Below are positions 1-8,775 of a DNA stretch of 64,000 bases, one piece after another. The DNA is taken from the NCBI GenBank assembly GCA_050949045.1, contig JBMNEZ010000001.1, positions 288,001 through 352,000 on the forward strand, written 5' to 3'. The number at the start of each line of letters is the position of its first letter. The stretch's first letter is position 1. The notes under the pieces were generated by a model that was given only the letters and a program-made list of their open reading frames with translations, was not told where the DNA came from and ran no database searches. This DNA is from Candidatus Izemoplasmatales bacterium (GTDB lineage: Bacteria; Bacillota_I; Bacilli_A; Izemoplasmatales; Hujiaoplasmataceae). Both the position numbers and the translations under genes were made by a program.

Positions 1-1
1 T

Positions 2-3000
2 GCTCATGATGAAGTGGTAGAAAATTACTACTTCATGGATCAATCAAAAGTAGGTAATTTTGAAGTAACCGTCAAAGCCTTTTCTTCAAATGAACAATAT
101 GCTATTTCACCCGCCAGCAATGCTCTTGAAGTTAAAGTTGAGACAGTATTTGAGCCAATTGAAGTAAATGTTGATGATTTCGGTGCAGTCGGCAATGGTG
201 TTGTAAATGACAGAAAAGCCATTCAAGATGCGGTAGATACAGTCGCACTTGCTGGCGGTGGCACTGTAGTTATAACTGCTAATAAAACCTATCTGACAGG
301 TAATATCTTTTTAAAAGATAATGTTACTTTAAAACTTGAAGATGGTTCAATGATTAAACAAAGCACGAATGATCAAGACTATGTCATATTGGATAAGAAA
401 GGAAAATACAATCCTCAAGTTCCTTATAAAGGCACAAATATTAATGATGTGGTTCAATTTAACCATTGCTGGCTTTATAACTATCCTTTAATTGGAGCTC
501 TTCAAGAAACAAAAAATGTTGCAGTTGTTGGCACTGGGACAGTAAAATTAATGGATTATGGCAAAGAAGAAGATGTAATGAGAATGATTGCGGTTGGTTT
601 TGGTAATTGTAAGTATATAAAAATGGAAGGCTTTACTGTCACAAATTATACTGCATATGCAGTAGCAGCTTATTGGTCTGAATACGTTCTTGTTAAAGAT
701 TTAACTATTAAAGATTTTCATGGCGGCTGTAATGATGGCGTTTCTGTAGTTAATTCTTCGAGAATGCGTGTAACAAACTGCTTTATCCGTTCTGGTGATG
801 ACGCAATTGATATTGGAACTTCAGGTGATACTTTTCGTGGTGGTGCATGGTATCCTAAGGGTACTAAAGGAGTAACAAATCTAGAAATAGACCATAATGA
901 TACCGATGCTGGTCCATCTTGTAAAGGTTTAGCATTCTTTGCCTGGGGCGGCAATTTAGTGGAAGGCTTAACTGATGCACAGATTAGAAGCAGTGTATGT
1001 ACGAGCGATGTATATATACATAATAATAAATTTGCGACAATGGGGTATTGGGGCTCTCAGTCTCATGATGGACTATATGGTGGAGTTGGTACTATACCGA
1101 TAAAAAATATTCGTTTCTATGATAATGAAATTGGTGAAGTTTTTGGTGGCTTTTATTATGAAGGAACAACTGATGTTAATTTGTACCACGCTACTTCAAC
1201 TCTAATAGATGGCGATTTTGAATATGCTTTAGGCGCCTTCTGGACAACGAAAGGCAATGCTGCTCCTGTAGTAACTCAAGAAAATACTTATGGAAGATTA
1301 ATTAACAATGCTGAAATGTATGAAGGATTATACTTGAGAGAACAAGAATCATATATATTTTCAGTGGAAGCTAAAACCAATGGAGTACCCGCCAAATTAT
1401 TTGCGAGGAATTTGGACACTGGAGAAATACTTGCGGTTCAACAATTTTCTAATCTCAAAACCAATGTTATTAATTTGTCTTTTACACCAAGTGTTAGTGC
1501 TAATTATCACGTAGGTGTGATGACTGAAAATGGTGGTTCTGTTGAATTCGATAACGCAAAACTTAAAACATCTTATTCAAATCAATTATATTTTGAAGGC
1601 GGATCCGATACTGATTTTCAAGTAAATAATGGAGAATGGGGTAATTGGTTACATGTTAATTATCAGGTTCCTGAAGCATCAAATCTTAACCCTGGCGATG
1701 AAGTTAAATTAATCTATTTCTTGACAATTCACGAAATCACTGATGAAAACGGTTATATTAATTTCTCTCCACTCCTACAAGGACTTAAAGAAGGAGTTGT
1801 TCAAACCTTAGGTCAAACTGATCAATATGTATACAATAAAGATTTATTAGTCAAAACTGGTAAGGTAATGCTTTCGTTCACAATGGTATTACCAAATGTA
1901 TTTGAATATGATATGTATGTTGTGACAAGACTGATTGCCTTCTCTGGAATTGATTTTACATTCCATCGATTATTAATTGGAACTACAGATTTATCATTTG
2001 ACGAATTTGATGCTTATCAAGTAGCCTGTGATGTGGTAGTTGATTCTGGAAGTTTTTCAAATCCGCCTGAAGGGATCTTGTATTCTGGTTCTGCAAACTT
2101 TCAATTTAGTTGTGCTACAGGAGTTGCTACACCTTGGCTAGAAGGCAGATACTTAGCCGGCAGTCTTACCCTTAAGCCGGGAGATTTGATCAAGATCGTT
2201 TACTATTTTAATATTACCTCCATTGAAGATGCGAACGCCACAATGAATATGGTAGTCAAGTCTTGGGCTAATAAAACTGAAATTTTTTCAGAAAACACTA
2301 TTCCCGTTAAAGACTTTGACTTTAAGACTGGAAAGATATCGATTACCTATTATGCTAGGATATGGGAAAATTACCAGTCAGACGAATGGATTTATCCAAT
2401 GTTGAAATTCAATTCTGGTGTAAGTGGAACTTGGTACAAGACGGTGATTGCTAAAGCTGATCAAGATTTGTCGACTTTTATACCAGGATATGAAAATGTG
2501 CTTGAACATAACCTTGACGGTGGTCCGTTCTCTGTTGATCCAGCTCCTGATTTACTTACTACAGTTGGCTTTCAATTTAGTTGTGCTATTGATGCTTATA
2601 CACCTTGGCTAGAAGGCAGATACTTAGCCGGCAGTCTTACCCTTAAGCCGGGAGATTTGATCAAGATCGTTTACTATTTTAATATTACCTCCATTGAAGA
2701 TGCGAACGCCACAATGAATATGGTAGTCAAGTCTTGGGCTAATAAAACTGAAATTTTTTCAGAAAACACTATTCCCGTTAAAGACTTTGACTTTAAGACT
2801 GGAAAGATATCGATTACCTATTATGCTAGGATATGGGAAAATTACCAGTCAGACGAATGGATTTATCCAATGCTATGGTTCAAATCTGGTGTAAGTGGAA
2901 CTTGGGATGCGATCGCCATCGCTAAAGCAGATCTTGATTTGACGGAACGGATGCCGGAATATGAAAATGTGCTTGAACATAACCTTGACGGTGGTCTGTT

Positions 3001-3967
3001 CTCAGTTGATCCAGCTCCTGATTTACTTACTACAGTTGGCTTTCAATTTAGTTGTGCTATTGATGCTTATACACCTTGGCTAGAAGGCAGATACTTAGCC
3101 GGCAGTCTTACCCTTAAGCCGGGAGATTTGATCAAGATCGTTTACTATTTTAATATTACCTCCATTGAAGATGCGAACGCCACAATGAATATGGTAGTCA
3201 AGTCTTGGGCTAATAAAACTGAAATTTTTTCAGAAAACACTATTCCCGTTAAAGACTTTGACTTTAAGACTGGAAAGATATCGATTACCTATTATGCTAG
3301 GATATGGGAAAATTACCAGTCAGACGAATGGATTTATCCAATGCTATGGTTCAAATCTGGTGTAAGTGGAACTTGGGATGCGATCGCCATCGCTAAAGCA
3401 GATCTTGATTTGACGGAACGGATGCCGGAATATGAAAATGTGCTTGAACATAACCTTGACGGTGGTCTGTTCTCAGTTGATCCAGCTCCTGATTTACTTA
3501 CTACAGTTGGCTTTCAATTTAGTTGTGCTACAGGAGTTGCTACACCTTGGCTAGAAGGCAGATACTTAGTTAGCAGTCTTACCCTTAAGCCGGGAGATTT
3601 GATCAAGATCGTTTACTATTTTAATATTACCTCCATTGAAGATGCGAATGCCACAATGAATATGGTAGTCAAGTCTTGGGCTAACAATGAAAATGAAATT
3701 TTTTCGGAAAACATTGTCCCAATTAAAGACTTTAACCTTAAGACTGGGAAAATATCGATTACCTATTATGCTAGGGTATGGGAAAATTATCAGTCAAGCG
3801 AATGTATTTATCCAATGTTGAAATTCAATTCTGGTGTAAGTGGAACTTGGGATGCGATCGCCATCGCTAAAGCAGATCTTGATTTGACAGCACGGGTACC
3901 GGGATATGAAAATTTGCTTGAACATAACCTTGACGGTGGTCCGTTCTCTGTAGAGGTAACTCCCTAA
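2..3967 (+). CDS. Large extracellular glycan-active protein (5' partial): GH28/pectate-lyase-like beta-helix, CBM-like module, five C-terminal repeat domains
   Basis: Frame is open from the window edge (track start 14 is an internal GTG). VNVDDFGAVGNG..DRKAIQDAVD..GGGTVVI..YLTGNIFLKDNVTL is the pectin-lyase-fold N-terminus. NDG and GDD motifs resemble GH28. LIDGDFE..FW starts a CBM-like module. Repeats follow. Confidence 0.75.
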   Translation, partial: AHDEVVENYYFMDQSKVGNFEVTVKAFSSNEQYAISPASNALEVKVETVFEPIEVNVDDFGAVGNGVVNDRKAIQDAVDTVALAGGGTVVITANKTYLTGNIFLKDNVTLKLEDGSMIKQSTNDQDYVILDKKGKYNPQVPYKGTNINDVVQFNHCWLYNYPLIGALQETKNVAVVGTGTVKLMDYGKEEDVMRMIAVGFGNCKYIKMEGFTVTNYTAYAVAAYWSEYVLVKDLTIKDFHGGCNDGVSVVNSSRMRVTNCFIRSGDDAIDIGTSGDTFRGGAWYPKGTKGVTNLEIDHNDTDAGPSCKGLAFFAWGGNLVEGLTDAQIRSSVCTSDVYIHNNKFATMGYWGSQSHDGLYGGVGTIPIKNIRFYDNEIGEVFGGFYYEGTTDVNLYHATSTLIDGDFEYALGAFWTTKGNAAPVVTQENTYGRLINNAEMYEGLYLREQESYIFSVEAKTNGVPAKLFARNLDTGEILAVQQFSNLKTNVINLSFTPSVSANYHVGVMTENGGSVEFDNAKLKTSYSNQLYFEGGSDTDFQVNNGEWGNWLHVNYQVPEASNLNPGDEVKLIYFLTIHEITDENGYINFSPLLQGLKEGVVQTLGQTDQYVYNKDLLVKTGKVMLSFTMVLPNVFEYDMYVVTRLIAFSGIDFTFHRLLIGTTDLSFDEFDAYQVACDVVVDSGSFSNPPEGILYSGSANFQFSCATGVATPWLEGRYLAGSLTLKPGDLIKIVYYFNITSIEDANATMNMVVKSWANKTEIFSENTIPVKDFDFKTGKISITYYARIWENYQSDEWIYPMLKFNSGVSGTWYKTVIAKADQDLSTFIPGYENVLEHNLDGGPFSVDPAPDLLTTVGFQFSCAIDAYTPWLEGRYLAGSLTLKPGDLIKIVYYFNITSIEDANATMNMVVKSWANKTEIFSENTIPVKDFDFKTGKISITYYARIWENYQSDEWIYPMLWFKSGVSGTWDAIAIAKADLDLTERMPEYENVLEHNLDGGLFSVDPAPDLLTTVGFQFSCAIDAYTPWLEGRYLAGSLTLKPGDLIKIVYYFNITSIEDANATMNMVVKSWANKTEIFSENTIPVKDFDFKTGKISITYYARIWENYQSDEWIYPMLWFKSGVSGTWDAIAIAKADLDLTERMPEYENVLEHNLDGGLFSVDPAPDLLTTVGFQFSCATGVATPWLEGRYLVSSLTLKPGDLIKIVYYFNITSIEDANATMNMVVKSWANNENEIFSENIVPIKDFNLKTGKISITYYARVWENYQSSECIYPMLKFNSGVSGTWDAIAIAKADLDLTARVPGYENLLEHNLDGGPFSVEVTP
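1616..2098 (+). repeat. Diverged ancestral copy of the ~157-aa repeat domain
   Basis: NLNPGDEVKLIYFLTIHEITDENG aligns with TLKPGDLIKIVYYFNITSIEDANA, and KDLLVKTGKVMLSF with KDFDFKTGKISITY. Confidence 0.75.
2099..3951 (+). repeat. Four tandem intragenic repeats (units start 2099, 2570, 3041, 3512; period 471 bp)
   Basis: tttcaatttagttgtgct recurs every 471 bp and the nucleotide sequence is near-identical. Confidence 0.97.
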
Positions 3968-4216
3968 TCGGAGGTGTTAACGAATAGAATCAATAATCTT
4001 AGTCCAAATAAAACTGATAGTTCCGGCATCAACTTTGTATTAGGAAGTTTCGGCATTATCTATAAGAGAGGAGGTATGTGTATCGTATTCTTTGTTAATG
4101 AAAGCAAATAAAGTTTGATCTTTATGTTAGGAATTCAACAAATCTGTAAGATCCACTTACGCTTTACACAACTTATAGTTTTGAAATGTATTTATAAAAA
4201 ATAGGAGGATAAGAAT

Positions 4217-6937
4217 TTGAAAAAGGTACTAAAATCGGTTTTGTTGTTTGCTTTTATAAGCCTGTTAGTAGCATGTGAGCAAATTACAACACAAACCGAT
4301 GATATCACTGGTACTACAACAACAAGTGTAACAACAGTACCGGTTACAACAACAACAACAACCGTTACAACAGCACCGGTTACAACAACAACACCAACAA
4401 CCGTTACAACAGTACCGGTTACAACAACAACAACCGTTACAACAGCACCGGTTACAACAACAACACCAACAACCGTTACAACAGTACCGGTTACAACAAC
4501 AACACCAACAACCGTTACAACAGTACCGGTTACAACAACAACACCAACAACCGTTACTACTGCTGAACCCCCTTATCTACTAGTTACGGGAATTGGCTTT
4601 CAATTTAGTTGTGCTATTGATGCTTATACACCTTGGCTAGAAGGCAGATACTTAGTTAGCAGTCTTACCCTTAAGCCGGGAGATTTGATCAAGATCGTTT
4701 ACTATTTTAATATTACCTCCATTGAAGATGCGAATGCCACAATGAATATGGTAGTCAAGTCTTGGGCTAACAATGAAAATGAAATTTTTTCGGAAAACAT
4801 TGTCCCAATTAAAGACTTTAACCTTAAGACTGGGAAAATATCGATTACCTATTATGCTAGGGTATGGGAAAATTATCAGTCAAGCGAATGTATTTATCCA
4901 ATGTTGAAATTCAATTCTGGTGTAAGTGGAACTTGGGATGCGATCGCCATCGCTAAAGCAGATCTTGATTTGACAGCACGGGTACCGGGATATGAAAATT
5001 TGCTTGAACATAACCTTGATGGTGGTCCGTTCTCTGTTGATCCAGCTCCTGATTTACTTACTACAGTTGGCTTTCAATTTAGTTGTGCTATTGATGCTTA
5101 TACACCTTGGCTAGAAGGCAGATACTTAGCCGGCAGTCTTACCCTTAAGCCGGGAGATTTGATCAAGATCGTTTACTATTTTAATATTACCTCCATTGAA
5201 GATGCGAACGCCACAATGAATATGGTAGTCAAGTCTTGGGCTAATAAAACTGAAATTTTTTCAGAAAACACTATTCCCGTTAAAGACTTTGACTTTAAGA
5301 CTGGAAAGATATCGATTACCTATTATGCTAGGATATGGGAAAATTACCAGTCAGACGAATGGATTTATCCAATGCTATGGTTCAAATCTGGTGTAAGTGG
5401 AACTTGGGATGCGATCGCCATCGCTAAAGCAGATCTTGATTTGACGGAACGGATGCCGGAATATGAAAATGTGCTTGAACATAACCTTGACGGTGGTCTG
5501 TTCTCAGTTGATCCAGCTCCTGATTTACTTACTACAGTTGGCTTTCAATTTAGTTGTGCTACAGGAGTTGCTACACCTTGGCTAGAAGGCAGATACTTAG
5601 TTAGCAGTCTTACCCTTAAGCCGGGAGATTTGATCAAGATCGTTTACTATTTTAATATTACCTCCATTGAAGATGCGAATGCCACAATGAATATGGTAGT
5701 CAAGTCTTGGGCTAACAATGAAAATGAAATTTTTTCGGAAAACATTGTCCCAATTAAAGACTTTAACCTTAAGACTGGGAAAATATCGATTACCTATTAT
5801 GCTAGGGTATGGGAAAATTATCAGTCAAGCGAATGTATTTATCCAATGTTGAAATTCAATTCTGGTGTAAGTGGAACTTGGGATGCGATCGCCATCGCTA
5901 AAGCAGATCTTGATTTGACAGCACGGGTACCGGGATATGAAAATTTGCTTGAACATAACCTTGATGGTGGTCCGTTCTCTGTTGATCCAGCTCCTGATTT
6001 ACTTACTACAGTTGGCTTTCAATTTAGTTGTGCTATTGATGCTTATACACCTTGGCTAGAAGGCAGATACTTAGCCGGCAGTCTTACCCTTAAGCCGGGA
6101 GATTTGATCAAGATCGTTTACTATTTTAATATTACCTCCATTGAAGATGCGAACGCCACAATGAATATGGTAGTCAAGTCTTGGGCTAATAAAACTGAAA
6201 TTTTTTCAGAAAACACTATTCCCGTTAAAGACTTTGACTTTAAGACTGGAAAGATATCGATTACCTATTATGCTAGGATATGGGAAAATTACCAGTCAGA
6301 CGAATGGATTTATCCAATGCTATGGTTCAAATCTGGTGTAAGTGGAACTTGGGATGCGATCGCCATCGCTAAAGCAGATCTTGATTTGACGGAACGGATG
6401 CCGGAATATGAAAATGTGCTTGAACATAACCTTGACGGTGGTCTGTTCTCAGTTGATCCAGCTCCTGATTTACTTACTACAGTTGGCTTTCAATTTAGTT
6501 GTGCTACAGGAGTTGCTACACCTTGGCTAGAAGGCAGATACTTAGTTAGCAGTCTTACCCTTAAGCCGGGAGATTTGATCAAGATCGTTTACTATTTTAA
6601 TATTACCTCCATTGAAGATGCGAATGCCACAATGAATATGGTAGTCAAGTCTTGGGCTAACAATGAAAATGAAATTTTTTCGGAAAACATTGTCCCAATT
6701 AAAGACTTTAACCTTAAGACTGGGAAAATATCGATTACCTATTATGCTAGGGTATGGGAAAATTATCAGTCAAGCGAATGTATTTATCCAATGTTGAAAT
6801 TCAATTCTGGTGTAAGTGGAACTTGGGATGCGATCGCCATCGCTAAAGCAGATCTTGATTTGACAGCACGGGTACCGGGATATGAAAATTTGCTTGAACA
6901 TAACCTTGATGGTGGTCCGTTCTCTGTAGGAGAATAA
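4217..6937 (+). CDS. Surface lipoprotein with Thr-rich stalk and five copies of the same repeat domain
   Basis: AGGAGG RBS and TTG start. MKK, hydrophobic stretch, lipobox LVAC (Cys20), Thr/Pro/Val stalk, then five repeats. Confidence 0.9.
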   Translation: MKKVLKSVLLFAFISLLVACEQITTQTDDITGTTTTSVTTVPVTTTTTTVTTAPVTTTTPTTVTTVPVTTTTTVTTAPVTTTTPTTVTTVPVTTTTPTTVTTVPVTTTTPTTVTTAEPPYLLVTGIGFQFSCAIDAYTPWLEGRYLVSSLTLKPGDLIKIVYYFNITSIEDANATMNMVVKSWANNENEIFSENIVPIKDFNLKTGKISITYYARVWENYQSSECIYPMLKFNSGVSGTWDAIAIAKADLDLTARVPGYENLLEHNLDGGPFSVDPAPDLLTTVGFQFSCAIDAYTPWLEGRYLAGSLTLKPGDLIKIVYYFNITSIEDANATMNMVVKSWANKTEIFSENTIPVKDFDFKTGKISITYYARIWENYQSDEWIYPMLWFKSGVSGTWDAIAIAKADLDLTERMPEYENVLEHNLDGGLFSVDPAPDLLTTVGFQFSCATGVATPWLEGRYLVSSLTLKPGDLIKIVYYFNITSIEDANATMNMVVKSWANNENEIFSENIVPIKDFNLKTGKISITYYARVWENYQSSECIYPMLKFNSGVSGTWDAIAIAKADLDLTARVPGYENLLEHNLDGGPFSVDPAPDLLTTVGFQFSCAIDAYTPWLEGRYLAGSLTLKPGDLIKIVYYFNITSIEDANATMNMVVKSWANKTEIFSENTIPVKDFDFKTGKISITYYARIWENYQSDEWIYPMLWFKSGVSGTWDAIAIAKADLDLTERMPEYENVLEHNLDGGLFSVDPAPDLLTTVGFQFSCATGVATPWLEGRYLVSSLTLKPGDLIKIVYYFNITSIEDANATMNMVVKSWANNENEIFSENIVPIKDFNLKTGKISITYYARVWENYQSSECIYPMLKFNSGVSGTWDAIAIAKADLDLTARVPGYENLLEHNLDGGPFSVGE
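4310..4562 (+). repeat. Short tandem repeats encoding a mucin-like Thr-rich stalk (PVTTTTPTTVTTV)
   Basis: Repeated ccggttacaacaacaacaccaacaaccgttacaacag with variable aca-triplet counts. Confidence 0.95.
4598..6929 (+). repeat. Five tandem repeats (units start 4598, 5072, 5543, 6017, 6488), alternating 474/471 bp, giving a 945-bp higher-order repeat
   Basis: Unit starts measured directly. B (NNENE) and A (NKTE) variants alternate. Confidence 0.97.
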
Positions 6938-7003
6938 TTTTTGGAAGAAATACAGTTGGTACTAGAGCGTAAAATTATGTACTTCGAAAATTTGTAATAG
7001 TTT

Positions 7004-7038
7004 AAAAGCGGCCAGCACTATTCTGTTGAGCCGCTTTT
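7004..7038 (+). terminator. Intrinsic (likely bidirectional) terminator after the lipoprotein gene
   Basis: aaaagcggc-cagca..tgttg-a-gccgctttt hairpin. Confidence 0.75.
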
Positions 7039-7203
7039 CATTTAATCTTTTTGCCAAGATTTAAATAAAGATGTTGTAATTCAGTTTGTTTATATTTATG
7101 CTTACCGCTTTCAAAATATTATATTTTCATCAAAAATGATACTATTTCTTTTGAACCTAGCTGTATTGTTGCTCAATAAATTGTTTTTCTTACTGATTAC
7201 CCA

Positions 7204-7440
7204 ATCGATGATATCATGACGATGAAATCGTTGGGCTTCAACATAATTAGAAAACACATCAAAATCGAACCTCTCAGATGGTATTATCATTGTGATTGGC
7301 TGGGAATGCTGGTTCGGCAGGATATGATAAGCGGTTCCGAATTCAAAAGCGTGGTTTTTCACCATGTTTTATCTTTATTGCATATCCATTTGAGCAACCG
7401 CTTCAAAAAAACTTTTAGTCAGACTAATGCGGAAGGAAAT
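7204..7440 (+). pseudogene. Fragment of a GH2 (beta-galactosidase-like) glycoside hydrolase
   Basis: IDDIMTMKSLGFNIIRKHIKIEPLRWYYHCDWLGMLVRQDM is the GH2 TIM-barrel motif, but only ~80 codons survive. Confidence 0.75.
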
Positions 7441-7622
7441 ATGTATATGGTTGATTGGTTATGTTTTAGTTATGTTGTTGGGGAAAAGAGATTACCTTAT
7501 GATTTGTTTTCTCAAATAGAAGAAGCCGAGACTACTAATATCTACCATATGCCAGCTTCTTTTTTTCTGAGATGATCATCTGTGTTATACTATACTTAGA
7601 ATACAAACAGGAGGATGAAATA

Positions 7623-8669
7623 ATGGCGTTTTTTGAAAACATGCCTCTTTGGCTCCGGATCATTTTCACAGTAGCCGTTACTCTATTATTGTTCTTGTTC
7701 TATTTTTTCCAAAGAAAACTGGCGAAGTCCGCCCCTGAGGATCAACCCAAACTCAAGGTATTTTTGGTTTATGTTTTGGACATGGTTTTGTTTATCGTTG
7801 GCGTCATGTTTTTGTTATTGGTTTGGGATTTTGATTTTACCCTTCTTTCAGCCGATGTTTTTGGGGACATCGAGGCCTTTGTCATGGGCAAACTGGGGGT
7901 CATTATTGGTTCGGTTGTGACAGTATTTGTGACGATGATGATCCTCAAGATAAGCAAGATTGCTTTTACTCGGTTTGGAAATAAAGTTGGTCCGACACAG
8001 AAACGCAAACGAACAATTGCCAAGATAACCCAAAGCATTATCAAATATCTGGTATCGATCGTCGCGATTCTTGTAGTTTTGTCACTTTGGGGTGTCAATG
8101 TTCTTCCTGCTCTTGCCGGTCTCGGAATCATGGGCTTGGTCATCGGCCTCGGCGCCCAGAAATTCATCAATGATCTGATTACCGGTATCTTCATCGTATT
8201 TGAGCAGCACTTTGATGTTGGAGATGTGATCGAAGTCGCCGGCTTCAAGGGCGAGGTCATAAGCATCGGGCTCAAGACGACCAAGATTAGAAACTGGAAA
8301 GGCGAAGTCAAGATCCTTGCCAATGGGGCCATCACCGACTTGACCAATTTTTCGCTCAACCCTTCGACTGCCGTTGTGGAATTCGGGATTCCCTATAAGG
8401 AGGATATTGACAAAGTCATCGGCATTCTAAAGAAAGAACTGCCGAAAACAAGGGCCAATTATCCGGAAATGCTTGAAAATCCAACTATTCTCGGCATTAC
8501 CGATCTAGCCTCAAACAGCGTGGTAATCCGGGTTATTGCCAAAACCGAAAGCGAAAAACATTATGCGATAGAAAGAGAGCTCCGACGCATCATCAAGGCG
8601 ACCCTCGATCAGAATGGGATCGAAATCCCCTTTCAGAGAGTCGTCGTCCATCAAGCACATAGTGAATGA
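7623..8669 (+). CDS. mscS: Small-conductance mechanosensitive channel
   Basis: AGLGIMGLVIGLGAQKFINDLITGIFIVFEQHFDVGDVIEV..IGLKTTKIR..GIEIPF. RBS precedes ATG 7623. Confidence 0.92.
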   Translation: MAFFENMPLWLRIIFTVAVTLLLFLFYFFQRKLAKSAPEDQPKLKVFLVYVLDMVLFIVGVMFLLLVWDFDFTLLSADVFGDIEAFVMGKLGVIIGSVVTVFVTMMILKISKIAFTRFGNKVGPTQKRKRTIAKITQSIIKYLVSIVAILVVLSLWGVNVLPALAGLGIMGLVIGLGAQKFINDLITGIFIVFEQHFDVGDVIEVAGFKGEVISIGLKTTKIRNWKGEVKILANGAITDLTNFSLNPSTAVVEFGIPYKEDIDKVIGILKKELPKTRANYPEMLENPTILGITDLASNSVVIRVIAKTESEKHYAIERELRRIIKATLDQNGIEIPFQRVVVHQAHSE

Positions 8670-8775
8670 GCAAAGACTTCAAGATGCTTTACGTTCTTTT
8701 TTTCTCATCGTCATAATTGAAAACCAGCGGTAGGCGTGATATAATACAAAAAAATAATAATTGGAGAGTGCCCGA

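Noticed and set aside
2099..6937. CRISPR array or diversity-generating retroelement as the explanation of the repeats
   Set aside because: Units are 471-474 bp, protein-coding and have no spacers. A/B differences are not adenine-restricted. No cas or RT gene is in the window.
7097..7113. cre-like word tgaaagcggtaagc on the minus strand near the GH2 remnant
   Set aside because: Only one half-site matches and there is no intact target gene
7216..7575. 119-aa ORF as an intact gene
   Set aside because: Only the first part resembles GH2 and it is far too short for that fold, so it is treated as a pseudogene fragment
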